A stretch of DNA of 59,344 bases, counting the filler, from Trypethelium eluteriae (taxonomy: Eukaryota), in the NCBI GenBank assembly GCA_051942245.1. It is 2 parts of 2 records of this genome, joined end to end, with 100 filler letters (N's around TTAATTAATTAA, not from the genome) between each part and the next. Parts side by side here need not be neighbours in the genome. Positions count along the whole stretch, not along the records: positions 1 to 29,642 come from JAVECL010000290.1; positions 29,743 to 59,344 come from JAVECL010000291.1. One strand, 5' to 3'. Positions 23,596 through 35,774 of this stretch are shown piece by piece. Under the pieces are notes generated by a model, which saw only the letters and a list, made by a program, of their open reading frames with translations, searched no databases and was not told the origin of the DNA. The stretch's first letter is position 1; every line of letters begins with the position of its first letter. Position numbers and translations under genes: made by a program.

Positions 23596-25299
23596 TCATA
23601 TCAGCACCAAGGTGTTGTCATCCCTGAACCTCCCAACCATTCCCAAGTTTGCTTCCCCGCTCTGGACGCTTGGCCCCGTGACGACGATTTCACCTTCGAT
23701 TTCTTCATCAGTCGTCTTATGCGTTGCAGTGTCCTTGACTTTGACCTCAAGGCTAGCCAGCGGTGTCCCAGATTGTGCATGCCCCGGGCCCGCATCCCGA
23801 CGGTAATCGTATAGATGCGTCTGCGTTACGGCTCCGAACACGCGAGCCGTTGTCAAGGCATAGATGACACGAGCTCCCGTAAAGACACGCAGGTCCGAAA
23901 GTTCCGAAGACGAAAGGGGAGCTGCATCAGAGAAGGTACGTGCTGCAACAAAAAGAATGCGAAGTTTGCCCGGCGTAGTCCCTATTGCTGGAGACTGAGG
24001 AGCGGCCAGCCTTGTCAGAAAGCTGGATGTGGGCAAGTGACCGCCATTGGTAAGAGCTTGTGTCTGAGTGTAGTGGGAATACTGTTTCAGAGTACCAGTG
24101 ACAGTTGGGTTGATCGTGTTGTGTAATTTTGAAGCTGTTGCAGCCGACGCTACAATGATTGTAGGAGCGATCCTGCGCGAAGCAAGAGCAAGATCGACAC
24201 CAGGTCCTGCAACAGAGTTGATGGCGACGGAAGAGTGAGACATCAGAGCCGCCAAGGTGTGAGCAAGGCAGTACGTGTCCGAAAATGAATCCGCCGGTAG
24301 AAACAAATCTGACGGGTTAATGCGTTGTCGTGGTGGAAGGGCAGAGATGATAGCTCCAACAGCAGCAACAATGTTCTCCTGAGTAAACTCGACAATCTCT
24401 TCTTGTCCTCCAGCTTTTTGATAGATGGAAACGATATTGCCCGGTGTAATGCCGCTCTTGTTGTCTGGCAAACTTGTAGGAGCAGCACTTTGTTGATCCT
24501 GAACAATATCATGCCAAACAGCCACTTCCAGCTTCCCACCGGCACCTTCAGGAACCTGATTCCAGTCCATATGCCTGCTTGTCCTTTCGACTACCCAGAT
24601 CGCCTGGCGGATAGAGGGTGCTCCTTTGATGACATCTTCGAGCGGAAGAGCTCCTGCTTCTGCGAGCAAGCAATCTGCATTCGATTTTCGGAGATAGTCA
24701 ATGACCACTTCATGAGGTTGGTTGTATGGCATTAAAATAGCTTCGAAGCCATAAAATGCCGACGCAAATAAAGTCGTGAGAAACTCGACAGAATTCGGAA
24801 GATAAATACCCACCCGTTTTCCGCCGTGCTGTTGTATCTGATTTCCAACAATGTTGACCTCTTTCGATATTTCGTCATGACTGTGTTCAATGACATCCTC
24901 TCTTCCGAGCACAGTCAGAATCTTGCCAGGTGGGAGTGGCTTCTCTTCTTGCTGCGACCTAACTTCCCCCGAGGCTTGCCGCCATATATCCCGCAGGTCT
25001 CCATTTCTTCCACTACTCCATCTCGGAGCGCCCGGATCCTTCACATTCAGCCCGGTCTTCAGCGGATATCCATAAGGTGTTTCCAAGGATCTATAGACAG
25101 CAGATTCCCCAGGTTGTCGTACTGGAGAAGCGGTAGCTTGACGGGCGAGTACGAGAGGATGTGTGTCAGGCTCTTTCCAGGTCAGCAATGGATAGACCAA
25201 GATGGCCATGATGACCAGGCCTATGACAATCGTATAGGAATTCCAGCCAGAAAAGAGCTCCGCTAGCTTTTCATCCACTTGTTCAAGAAAACTGGCCAT
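23596..25299 (-). CDS. Membrane-anchored, degenerate AMP-binding (acyl-CoA synthetase-like) protein
   Basis: 567-aa intronless ORF; N-terminal TM segment; RVGIYLPNSVEF, GTPL, EGEIVVTGPSV and GRFRDDNTL recall ANL-family motifs; canonical P-loop absent. Confidence 0.8.
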   Translation of the reverse strand: MASFLEQVDEKLAELFSGWNSYTIVIGLVIMAILVYPLLTWKEPDTHPLVLARQATASPVRQPGESAVYRSLETPYGYPLKTGLNVKDPGAPRWSSGRNGDLRDIWRQASGEVRSQQEEKPLPPGKILTVLGREDVIEHSHDEISKEVNIVGNQIQQHGGKRVGIYLPNSVEFLTTLFASAFYGFEAILMPYNQPHEVVIDYLRKSNADCLLAEAGALPLEDVIKGAPSIRQAIWVVERTSRHMDWNQVPEGAGGKLEVAVWHDIVQDQQSAAPTSLPDNKSGITPGNIVSIYQKAGGQEEIVEFTQENIVAAVGAIISALPPRQRINPSDLFLPADSFSDTYCLAHTLAALMSHSSVAINSVAGPGVDLALASRRIAPTIIVASAATASKLHNTINPTVTGTLKQYSHYTQTQALTNGGHLPTSSFLTRLAAPQSPAIGTTPGKLRILFVAARTFSDAAPLSSSELSDLRVFTGARVIYALTTARVFGAVTQTHLYDYRRDAGPGHAQSGTPLASLEVKVKDTATHKTTDEEIEGEIVVTGPSVQSGEANLGMVGRFRDDNTLVLI

Positions 25300-25696
25300 G
25301 ACGCAGTTGGGCGGCGTTAATGGTGCACGAGAGGCTGGGGCTGGGCTGGGCTGGAATTCGAAGCTCCGGGATGGCGGGGAAGTCGCACCGTTGCTTGCGG
25401 AAGAGTCCCATGCTCCGTGCGGTACTTTACCTCAGGTACTGTACCCGCAAACGAAAAACATCCATTTGCTTCGGCGTGTTCTTACGGAGTACTTCTCTGT
25501 TCTCGAGTCGCGGACCACCAGGTGGTGATCAGTGGTTTCTTCTGGCACTCTCACTAGCACGAGGTAAGTATTTTGATTTTCACTAACAGCATCGTCCAGC
25601 TTTTGGTAAGTCTTCACGGTTCCGACTGCGTAAACATACACTAACTTGATTTAAAAGCTTTGCACTCTTGCAATTCACCATTGAGGAACGACTGCC

Positions 25697-26599
25697 ATGT
25701 CGCAAAACGTGCAGCTTCGGTCTTCGAGCCAGCCTCCTGTCTCTACTACATCTGGGCCATCCTCTCTGCCTACCACTCCTCAGGACAGCTCCAAACAAAG
25801 CAGAGCGGCAACTCCAGCGAGTACACCAGGCACATGGAAACACCCCCGAATGGATGAGATTGCAGCACGGCAAAGCGCCTCAACCTTCACTGATAAAAAT
25901 GTGAATATCGTAACATGGAATGCTCTGGCACTTCTCAGCAGTTTTGTCCTCAACCGCGTGATTCGACGAATGTATGTTCTTCCTTTCTCAGGGCAAACGC
26001 CGATGCTCACACAGCACAGCATGCCCTTTTTCTTCGAGGGCTTCACAAAATCATTGTCACCATACGGCGGCTACGTGCTTTGGTTCTGTCGTCTGGTTTT
26101 ACTGTACAACATTGTCCTTGCCGCGTCTCCTCTAATGCGGCCAAAAGACAATCTTTCCGACATTCCACTTACACCAACGCAACGGAAGCTCTTGGGACTG
26201 GCACCAAACTCAACACCAGAAACGCCTGGATCGCAATACATCACTCCTCCGAGATTTCCGCGTTCTACTCCTCGAAGTAGCGAGAGAGCTACTGCAGGCT
26301 CATCAATGTCTGGCCGGTCAAGCCCCCGTGGTGGAAGTCCTTCGGGTTCGCCATATTCCCCTGTGCCGAGTCCACTTCTACAAAAGGCTGTTAACGGTAG
26401 TGCTACAAGACGGTTGAGCTATGGGACGCCGTCTCCGCTGAGTTCGAGTAGGGTAGCATCTGATTCTAGCCTTGATCAAGCGAGATTGCCCAGTACACCA
26501 ACCCCTTCAAGCGGTAGTCGGGCAAGTGTACCGTTGAACAACAGGTGGCTGTATGAAAGGGGAAGATCAAGCCCAAGCAGAAATAGCCTGTACACATAA
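25697..26599 (+). CDS. POM34: Nuclear pore membrane protein Pom34-like
   Basis: TPGTWKHPRMDEI motif, two hydrophobic segments, DIPLTPTQRKLLGL, Ser/Pro-rich tail, LNNRWLYE. Probable in-frame intron at 25972-26019. Confidence 0.8.
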   Translation: MSQNVQLRSSSQPPVSTTSGPSSLPTTPQDSSKQSRAATPASTPGTWKHPRMDEIAARQSASTFTDKNVNIVTWNALALLSSFVLNRVIRRMYVLPFSGQTPMLTQHSMPFFFEGFTKSLSPYGGYVLWFCRLVLLYNIVLAASPLMRPKDNLSDIPLTPTQRKLLGLAPNSTPETPGSQYITPPRFPRSTPRSSERATAGSSMSGRSSPRGGSPSGSPYSPVPSPLLQKAVNGSATRRLSYGTPSPLSSSRVASDSSLDQARLPSTPTPSSGSRASVPLNNRWLYERGRSSPSRNSLYT

Positions 26600-27011
26600 C
26601 TATACGGGTCCCCGCCTTCATTCTGTACTACGCGTTCAAGCGATGGCGTTTGTAGAGTTTAGTTGAAAATAATCGAATATACCCAATTCCATGGCCACTA
26701 TGTCTCAGCAATGGCAAATTATTTGGCTAAGCACTGAGAGTCTTTTGCAAAAACTATACATCATATGACTTAGGCTATTCGGCTAGAAGCTTAATTACTT
26801 AGACTGAGACACGCAATTGAATCCGGGGCGACGGGACCCTGCAACACCGTGGGTTCACGCGGCTTTGCGAGGCAGGGTTCTAGAAATTATGAGTTTGGCA
26901 ATTCAGCATTCCGACCATTTGAACTTGGATATCCAAACGATGCCAGCCCTCAGACTGCAACGCGAATAATCAGCGACCTCCGCTTAGCACTAATGTTGGG
27001 GCTCCGCCGCC

Positions 27012-29642
27012 ATGGGTGCCTCAGACTCCAAGCTCGTCTTCAAACAGGGTATCTTCCGGCTTTCTGGCGAGCAAGAAATCCCCGCCGACGACCCCTACTG
27101 GACAGGAGTAGGTCGGAATGTACTTCATAGTCTGTAGCCTTCACTAACGTTCAATGTGTACCCTGTAGTTCTGGGAGCTTCCTGAATCCCCAGAGGATGT
27201 GTTCTCACTCTTTTCTCCCGCTGATATCAGAAGAGCGCGCGATCAGTCATTACCGAATTTCGAGAAGTTAATATTAGCTGTTACCTCACGGCTGATCGTC
27301 CTTCGCAACCATCCATCATTTCCAGATGCGGAGATAGCTCCAGAACGAGATGCTCTCAATTGCATACGGGTGCTCACACGCCTGTTTCCCTACATCTACG
27401 AGGCGGAAAACTTAGAAGAATGGGAGGAGAGATTCTTCTGGGGTGCAAGAAGAAAACGTACAAGGAGGGGGAAGATCAAGAAGACGGAGGTGCTCTTCGA
27501 TGAAAGTCAAGAGGACGAGACAAAAGATTCGCCAGAACCAGAGTTCGAAGAGGCGAAGCCATTGGCAGAGGAGCTGATCGACACTCTAATTGACCTTCTG
27601 TTCTTTGCAGACTTCACGTTGCCAAAAGGCCAATCAAAAAACAAAGTCACGTACGCAATATGGCAGAGCGGAGTCGGTTGCAACAACTCGATTGGAACGA
27701 GTACACAGTTCGAGAATAATCGGATGGAGATCCTCAGATTGCTGCTCGCCATGACTAGCAAATCAATGTATATGACTCCTAGTAAGAGTTCTACAGCCGG
27801 GACATCGGAGCATCAAAGCTCACATTCTTAGGTATCCTTCCTGTGAAAGGGGTGAAAGCTATCACCTACATTGCTACCTGCAATGACAAACAAGTAGTGT
27901 TGTCTGTGCTATGCTCCTTACTGAATACAGTGCGTACTTCGAGTCAAAACGACAATGGCTTACTGCTGATGTGCTCTCAGACTCTGAAATACAATCCTGC
28001 AGCATGGCGCGTCCCATACGCCGATCAAATTGTTACTAAGGACTCCCGCCAGTTGCTAGTAACATATTGTCTGCAGGTCTTACTGGTGGTAATTCTTTAC
28101 CCAATTCCGGAGACTGGCAATGGCATCGCACCTAAGAACTACTTTCGGTATTTCCTGGGTAGACTACATCGTCCTCAAGATTTTCAATTCCTTGTTGACG
28201 GTATGACGAGAATACTGAATCAACCAGTGAGTACCAGAAAATTTTGACCAGTGAAAGAAAACACTAATATTCTTAATTTTAGCTCCAGGCAACCAATTCC
28301 TATTTGCCTGGCAGTCAGAAATCGTTGACGTGGGCGCCAGAAATGATCATGATTTTCTGGGAAGCACTACAATGCAACAAGCGCTTCCGCTCCTTCATCG
28401 TTGATACCGACCGTGCACACGACTTCACTGTGCTAATACTGTTCTATGCCTTAGAGTCGAGAACAAATCCCTCACGACAGGGTATTGTTAGGATGTGCGT
28501 CTTTGTCCTTCAAACCCTGAGCTCGGAGCAGAATTATGGTAGGAGCCTGAACAAAATATTTGAGGGCCAAGACACTCTACCTGCCAGTATAAGAATTCAA
28601 AATTTCCATGGTTCCTATGCTGACTATGTCATTGCTGTAAGCATCCTTTTGCAACATACATTTAGCGATGTCGCTGATTTGGGATAGTCTGTTCACACAC
28701 TCATCTTGGCTACCAAGTTCAAATTGGATGCCGTTTACCCAGCATTACTGGCAGTGATCAATAATATTGCCCCTTACATAGAAAATCTCGGACGTTCTAC
28801 TAGTTCCAAACTTATCCATCTCTTCTCTTATATGTCGTCTCCGAGCTTTCTTCTGGCTAATGAGACCAACCACACCCTCCTAAACTCTCTTCTCGAAAGC
28901 ATGAATGCTATCATTGAAAATCAGTACCACAGTGAGCCTACCATGCAACCTTAATTTTGGCAATGCTAATAACGCAATTAGAAAATCCAATGTTTGTACT
29001 ATCAATAGTACGCTCGAAAAGGAGATTCGAGGCACTCAGAGACTTCACGCTTGAAGGAGGTCGGGAAGAAATTGAACGTCAGATACAGCAACGAAAAGAT
29101 CGGCAAGCCGATGGTTCCACCACTTCTCCTATCTCACGGGACAATTCCAACGACACAATCCGCAGCCCCACCAGCGCGAGAACGCCGTCTTTAGGTAACG
29201 TTCCCGAAGATAATACCTTCACGATTGGTGAGGACGAGGATGATTCAGAGGAGGAAGAACGCGCTACCAGACCACTGCAGCAGCAATCTACGCCATCGGC
29301 AAGTACTTCACGAGCAGCATCTGTATCCTCTTCCATAGACGAGACGTTACCGCTGCAACTTCGCGGCATGTCAGAAAAGGCACGCGGTAAGATGCCAGCA
29401 GGACATCCCTCGTTCTCAAGACAGAATAGCAGCGCAAGCCTGAGCAGCCTCAACACCGCCACTGCGACAATCAACGGTCATTTCACGCCATCCGTTGAAT
29501 GGGTATGGTTCAACCTCGACAATCTCCAAACTACGTAAAAACTAACTTGCCACGATAGATCGAATCCTGGCTCCCCGAACTTCCCCTCCACACAATCCTC
29601 ACCCTCATCAACGAGCTCGACCCTCAACTCCCCCCTCCATCC
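27012..29642 (+). CDS. HID1: HID1/Ecm30 family protein, multi-exon, 3' end lost in the gap
   Basis: MGASDSKLVFKQGIFRL...DDPYW start; ALNCIRVLTRLFPYIYE, IWQSGVGC, NYFRYFLGRLHRPQDFQFL, SEKARGK, SWLPELPLHTIL; about 8 GT-AG introns link the ORF-track pieces. Confidence 0.92.
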
Positions 29643-29742
29643 NNNNNNNNNNNNNNNNNNNNNNNNNNNNNNNNNNNNNNNNNNNNTTAATTAATTAANN
29701 NNNNNNNNNNNNNNNNNNNNNNNNNNNNNNNNNNNNNNNNNN
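29643..29742. other. 100-nt assembly gap with artificial TTAATTAATTAA six-frame-stop linker (29687-29698)
   Basis: N runs flank a palindromic 12-mer that gives stop codons in all six frames. Confidence 0.95.
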
Positions 29743-30973
29743 CAGCAATATCTTCGTCAACCCATATAGCGGCACCTGCGTCTGATACCCACTAAACCAC
29801 AGTGCCTCGCGATTCCACGGATCCCCCGAGCCCCCAACCGACGAATAGTGCTGCTCCTGTCCCTGATACACAACCGGCACACCATCCGCGAGCAGCGTAA
29901 ACGCCAGCACGTTCTGCGCCGCCACCAGGTCGCCCGTGAGCGACGCAAACCGCGGCACGTCGGCGTTCTCCGAGAACGGCGCCAGCAGCGAGGTGTCGGC
30001 GCAGGCGTTGTGGATCTCGGCGATGCGCGCCGCGAGCGCTGTCATGTTGCCAGAGGGCGAGGCGAACGCGGCGCTGAGCGGGAAGTACAGTGGGTAGTTG
30101 AGGATGCCGGGGAGGATGGGGGAGGAAGAGGAGGATTGCTGGTAGGCGCACGCGGTGCTGGTGTTTCCCGTATAGACTTCGCCGACGAGGTACGGCGAGC
30201 CGGCGGCGCGGGAGAAGGCGGGCCAGAAGCTCGGGTCGACATTCAGGACGGTGTCGAGGCGGAGGCCGTCGATGGAGTAGTTGCTCATGAGTTGCGAGAT
30301 CCAGGTTTGGTAGGTGCTGGCGACGGTGGGGCTTTCGGTTTTGAGGTCGGGGAGGGGGACGTTGGTGTCACCGAGCCAGCAGACTTGGGCGCTGGTGGTG
30401 TTGGAGTAGTCGATTTCGCAGAAGGGGTGGTAGTTGGATGGGTTGTTGAAGGGGTTGAACGTTGTGTAGTTGACTGCTGAGGGAGGACCGTTCCAAGCAT
30501 TGTGGTTGACAACAATGTCGACCATGAGATACTATGATCTGTAAGCGCATCCTGCAACAGTACGTCTTCCATGGGCTGCTTACCATGCCTTGGGCGTGCA
30601 GTGCCGCTGATAGGGCCTTCAAATCTGCTGCTGTACCAAAGTTCCCATTCAATCTGTACAAGTCCTGCTGCCAGTAGCCGGCGTATGATTCACCCCACAT
30701 GGTCTTGCCTTGAAGCTGAAAGGTGATAGGCGAGATCCACACGGCGTCAAATCCCATTCCTTTGATGTAATCAAGATGCTGGATTATACCTTTCCATGTA
30801 CCACCGCAATAGACTCGATCTCCGGTATTGCATGTTGCAGAGGTACTGCCATCGGTACGGGCAAAACGGTCTGTGATGACCTGGTAGATAGCGCGATTCC
30901 GCCATTGGGATGGTGTTGCTGCAGAGACCGAATGGAGGAGCAAAAGGATTATGGAAACCATGAACAAAAACAT
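29743..30973 (-). CDS. Secreted GH13 (Taka-amylase-type) alpha-amylase/alpha-glucanotransferase, 3' end lost in the gap
   Basis: Signal peptide, then [44 protein letters not shown]. Intron 30532-30583, then [33 protein letters not shown]. Confidence 0.93.
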
Positions 30974-32069
30974 CTTCGCAATCGATCTTTGACGGAAGGA
31001 TGGGTTAAGGCTATTCACGATTTATATACTTCGATGTCGTACGGGTATTTTCAGACATGAGACCCGGCATCGAACATAATGAAATAGGAGAAGCAAAAGT
31101 GTCAAAAGACTTAGCCTAGAGCAACTCACCAAAACCTGCCTTGCACAAATGATCTTGAGATCACCCAGAGTTTCGCTGACGTTTTCGCACAGCCTTTGTT
31201 GCACCTTCCTCAACATATCAACGAAAAAAGTGACAGCAGTGACCGGGTCCACTTTGCAAGAGCTACCGGAAACGATGAAAGTACTCAATATGTTTTCACT
31301 TACGTTTGATATCTCCGTATTCCAAAGCGACATGGAAATCGACTTACGCTGCGAGTGAGTCGCTGAATAGTCGAAGTACTGCATTGAAGCTTTAGCGCCT
31401 TAAAGAGTGTGATTATCTCCAGGAATAGAAGCATTTGCCGATCGAAGGCATCGATGAGGCTCCCTCAGAGGGCTCTTTGTCCTCCGCAACCAGTCGTGTC
31501 CATACCGAAAATGGGGTGCGGCCACGACAAAGCAGGTACCGTCGAATCGCGAAATGAGTTTCTTAGATTCAGAATTCAACTCCATCCTAGATACTGGTAA
31601 CGTGCAAGACTGCGGGTGTCAGTATCGACCAACTCAGGCGAGTTCCAATAGTTTTAGGCTCACGAAGACCAGCACCAAAGCATCAAAAAGTGCGGCTGCT
31701 CTCACCAAGGGAGCATTTTGGGAGCGTTTCCAGCACTTTCTCGACAAAAAAGACGGAGACTGAAGCAAGGGTAGCCTTCGAGATTGAACACCGGGCTAAT
31801 AAAAGCGATGAGACGGTGTCATCGCCTCTAGTGGGAATGGCCGCTGGGAAGGGTTGCAATTAAAAATACACCCTACCACTGCAAGTACTCCAAGCACCCC
31901 GCCTTTTAAGAAGCACAAAAAATGACATACACATGTCTCAGAGAGTTACACTGCTTCCGATGGAAATGTGGACATGACCCATCACTGGAGCAACTGGTAA
32001 GAATGCTGAGAACGCCAGTTTCCAGGGTGTCTAAAATTGCTGAATTTCGGTGATGTTCGTTCCACAGGG

Positions 32070-33600
32070 TCAAGTGCTAATGTGCAGAGCCGTCCCTACT
32101 ATTTTAACGGTTTGCTACGGTGAGCTTCGGATGTGCAAGCTTTTGGTAGTCTCTGCCAGGTAGGCTGGATTGTTGCGGTAGGTGGGTTGGTTAGAAAACC
32201 AGAGGTGGAGTTTTCTGAACGAATGATCTTCATTTCATGAAGCAGACGGATGTCTGGTCTAGTACGTCGTATGGTCGTGATACTTACAACCTCTGGTGTT
32301 TGTCGGGTAAACATTGAGTCTGGGCTTTTGGAGCTCGTTTAGTGCGTAGTTTTCTCCCTTGGGCTCGGAGTTGTGGATGAACTTATACGGACACGCTGTG
32401 ACATTAGTTGTGTGTTGGGCAATTCTCTCATGAAAAAGCAGCTAAGCATTTTGGTCAGTAACGAGGCTCGCTCACGGCCAGATCGGCCAGATCGGCCAGC
32501 ATGCCGCCAGCTCATCCTCAGAGCCATCAATGGCACTGGAGGCAATCTGAAAGAAATCCACAGTGGAAGGTAACGTATCACGAATCAAGTGGGCGATCGA
32601 TCCTGTTCCCATTCTCCTGATAGATCGAGTGCTCATAGGAACTTGGGGGATTGCATAAACTGCAGACTCAAGCGGCGAATGTGCTTTCACTCATCTGGAC
32701 TTGTCGAAGACGTGAAAAATCCTACGGTAAAATTGTCTTGATGCTGAATGCGAGAGAATCAAAGGGATAGATCGCCATCGGAGCCAGACATCGATTCAGC
32801 CCTTTGGCTGAATACGGAATGGGTGGCCATAACAAAGAGGCTGACGATACGGCATCAAAGGCTGTACCGAGTACTGCTCTTTAGTCATACACTCGATGTC
32901 GTGGATATCTCTCATGTGAAAGAGCTGTAGCTCTTTCGCCGTAGCTTGCAGGTATTCAGCAGGGAGGGTTGACGATGAAAGTAGAGAAACGATCTGAGCG
33001 CGGAGGACAACACCAGAATGCTCTAGGACCAAAGCGGCTTAGTCCGTCTCCGTCCATCGCTTTCGCTCCGGTTTCATTTCCAACTTTCACCATCGCATTT
33101 CGTGAACGTAATACAACACTGACCATGTGCTGTTCAGAAACTCGTATCAATACTGACACATAATGAGAACCGGTGCGTGCTAATATCCGAATAGCTTTTT
33201 GGCGGTCTTCCATAGCTCGTGCCTGTAACGATTCATACTGCAGAAGTTTTCTCATGCTTAAGTCTGAACCTTGTTCGCGTATATACTCCTCCTATAGAAA
33301 TTTGTTTCCTTCTTTTCTCTGGCTTTTATCTAGCCTTGCTAAGAAGTTCTTCAAGAATGATTGTATCCCATCCCTCATCCCCCACTCATAGAGCACCCGT
33401 CTTTATACCAGTACTAATGCGCAATGACCAGACGGTCGAGGTTCTATGGCCGGCGCACTACTCGAAATGGATCTGTTGACACAACTTTCCACTCTTCCAA
33501 GCACCCTTCCGAGGTACTTCCGAAGATTAGTCGATGCTTTGCTCGCTTAGTTTCAATTACCGGCCATAGCGTTTCGTGGACTCACAGAAATGAAAGTAAA
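32070..33600 (-). pseudogene. Possible highly decayed gene of unknown family
   Basis: Successive protein-like stretches on the minus strand (VLYEWGMRDGIQSFLKNFLARLDK..*EEYIREQGSDLSMRKLLQYESLQ; SFRKLHLWFSNQP) broken by stops; no motif recognised. Confidence 0.25.
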
Positions 33601-34094
33601 CCACAACAACAAGCTTAATTTCAGAGCTGCGTGACACGATTCTCGATATACGTCCTGAACTCTCGGTACCTGGTGCCTTGCGAGAAGGAATCTGCAGAGT
33701 GGGATGACAACAAATGCGTAGTACGGGACTACAAGAGCCATACCAGCCTCAAGAATCCGGCGATCGAGTTGACAGATTGAGGAGAACCAGCGCAACCAAC
33801 ATGGCAAGCCCAAAACATCAGCCTCAAAGTGAGCGCCCTGTGCGGCCAGCTGCAGGAGGAAGCCTCGAACGTAAGTCAAGAAGAAGGCGTATGCCATAGC
33901 GATTCAAGGAAGAAGACCCGGCCAAGCGGCAGGATTATCAGCAGAAAAGGGACTGGATTCTGATATTTTGTCGGAGAAATTGAACCGCGAGTTACAAGAT
34001 GAGAACGAAATTTATGCACTCAGGAATCCTGGAAAGCTTTTACTGCTGAGTGCGCGACCATTATGGTACTCCGTTTATTAGCGCGAGTATATTG

Positions 34095-35774
34095 TTACGC
34101 CCAATGTTCCCTCTCGCCTGTGGCCATCCCCTTGACAGGATTTCCCGTGCGACCATTCAATATCTGTCCCTTTCCTCTCTTTAAATATTTCCCATCTCCC
34201 ATCTTGCCAATGAGACCACCGTTATCACGATCCCAAACTACGTTGCCACGCAAGATGGTATACCGCGGCCAACTTTTCACAGTCATACCTTCATACGGGG
34301 TATAGTCTATGTCGTGATGCAACATGCTGTTTGTAATGGTCACGCCGTTTTCCTTTTCTATCGACCAAATGACAAGATCTGCGTCGTATCCTGGGGCTAT
34401 GCTTCCTTTGATCCCATCGAGACCGTACAGCTTCGCTGGATTCGTTGCCGTGACTTGCACGAACTTTGGCATGGTGATTCTGTTTCCTTGTTCTATCCTA
34501 CCCGCTCTGTTGAACAAAAGCGGCATCCTTGTCTCGACACCAGGAAGGCCGTTCGGAATCTTGGTGAACTTCGGGATGCCGTTGATGAGACCCAGCCGCT
34601 TTCCACCCGGGACGTTGTACTTCGATGGTGCATGATCTGAAGAAAAAGTGGTGATTGTTCCATTGGCAACGTTTTGCCATAGACAGTCGAGATCTGAAGG
34701 CTCATGTCTCAGAGGGGGACTACAAACACTTTTCGCACCATGGTAGTGGTCGTCTTCTGTTTTCTTCAGCTTCTCACTTAGGAGATACAGATATTGAGGA
34801 CACGTCTCGGCATGGATCGGAAGCAGTCGGCCTTGTGCGGCTCGAACGTGCTGTAAAGCAGTTTCCGATGACATGTGCACGAGAAGAACAGGAGCATCAA
34901 TGATTTCTGCAAGACATATGGCACGGTATGAGGCTTCCGCCTCTGCGAGCTGGGGTCTAGCAAACGCATGGAAATATGGCTCGGTGTGCCCGCGAGCTTC
35001 GAGACGCTCAATGATTAGATCAATCATGTCGCTGTTCTCGGCATGAATCATAGTAGTCATTCCCAAAGCTCGGCAAGCCGTCATGATGTCCAGGAGCTGG
35101 CGGTCGGAAAGCTTCATTGGCTCGTAGGTCATGTACAGTTTGACACTGGTGATGCCTTCTTCCTTTGCCAACATAGGTAATTCCTTCTCCAGGATGGTCT
35201 TGTTCGGATTGGTGAGAATCATGTGAAAGCCATAGTCAGAATAGCTCTGGTCAGTTGACTTAGCCTGATAGTCTCTAAGAACTGGTATTAGGGAATCATT
35301 TGTCTTCTCCTGGGAGACAAATGCAATTATCGTGGTTGTGCCCCCAGCGATGGCGCTGCGCGATCCAGTCTCCCAGTTATCTCCTGCAACAAGTTGAGAA
35401 AAGCAAAGTTCTGCAAGCTAATCTGGCGTCGTGGCAGCTTACCTGTAGGGCAATTGCGCTGAGAGAGATGTACATGGCTGTCCACTCCCCCAGGAGTAAT
35501 ATATCCCCCTTCAGCGTCAATTACCTTGGTGTTTGGACCCTGAGGAAGACCCACTCCAATGCACGAAATCTTTCCATTTTTGACTCCAATCTCAAGGCCC
35601 GGAGGATGCACTTCTGCTGCGGTCACCTGCATAAGTCACGTCAGCTACCGCCGCAGTCATCATTCCAGAGTCCTGGGTAATGGATCAAGCACAAAAAACA
35701 GCCATTCCCGCAATTGGCGCTCTCAGCGTCGAACTTACAATGAATCCATTTTTCACGACGAGATCGAAGTCCAT
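34095..35774 (-). CDS. Dihydropyrimidinase / D-hydantoinase (amidohydrolase superfamily), 3 exons
   Basis: Exons 35774-35739, 35626-35443 and 35383-34095: MDFDLVVKNG, PGGVDSHVH (HxH), GSRSAIAGGTTT, SVKLYMTY (carbamylated Lys position), IHAEN, VHMS, AETCPQYL, CSPPLR, SSDH, PNGLPGVETR, GSIAPGYDADLVIW. Confidence 0.95.

Noticed and set aside
29687..29698. TTAATTAATTAA palindrome as a biological site or TTAA target duplication
   Set aside because: It is embedded in Ns and is an assembly linker.
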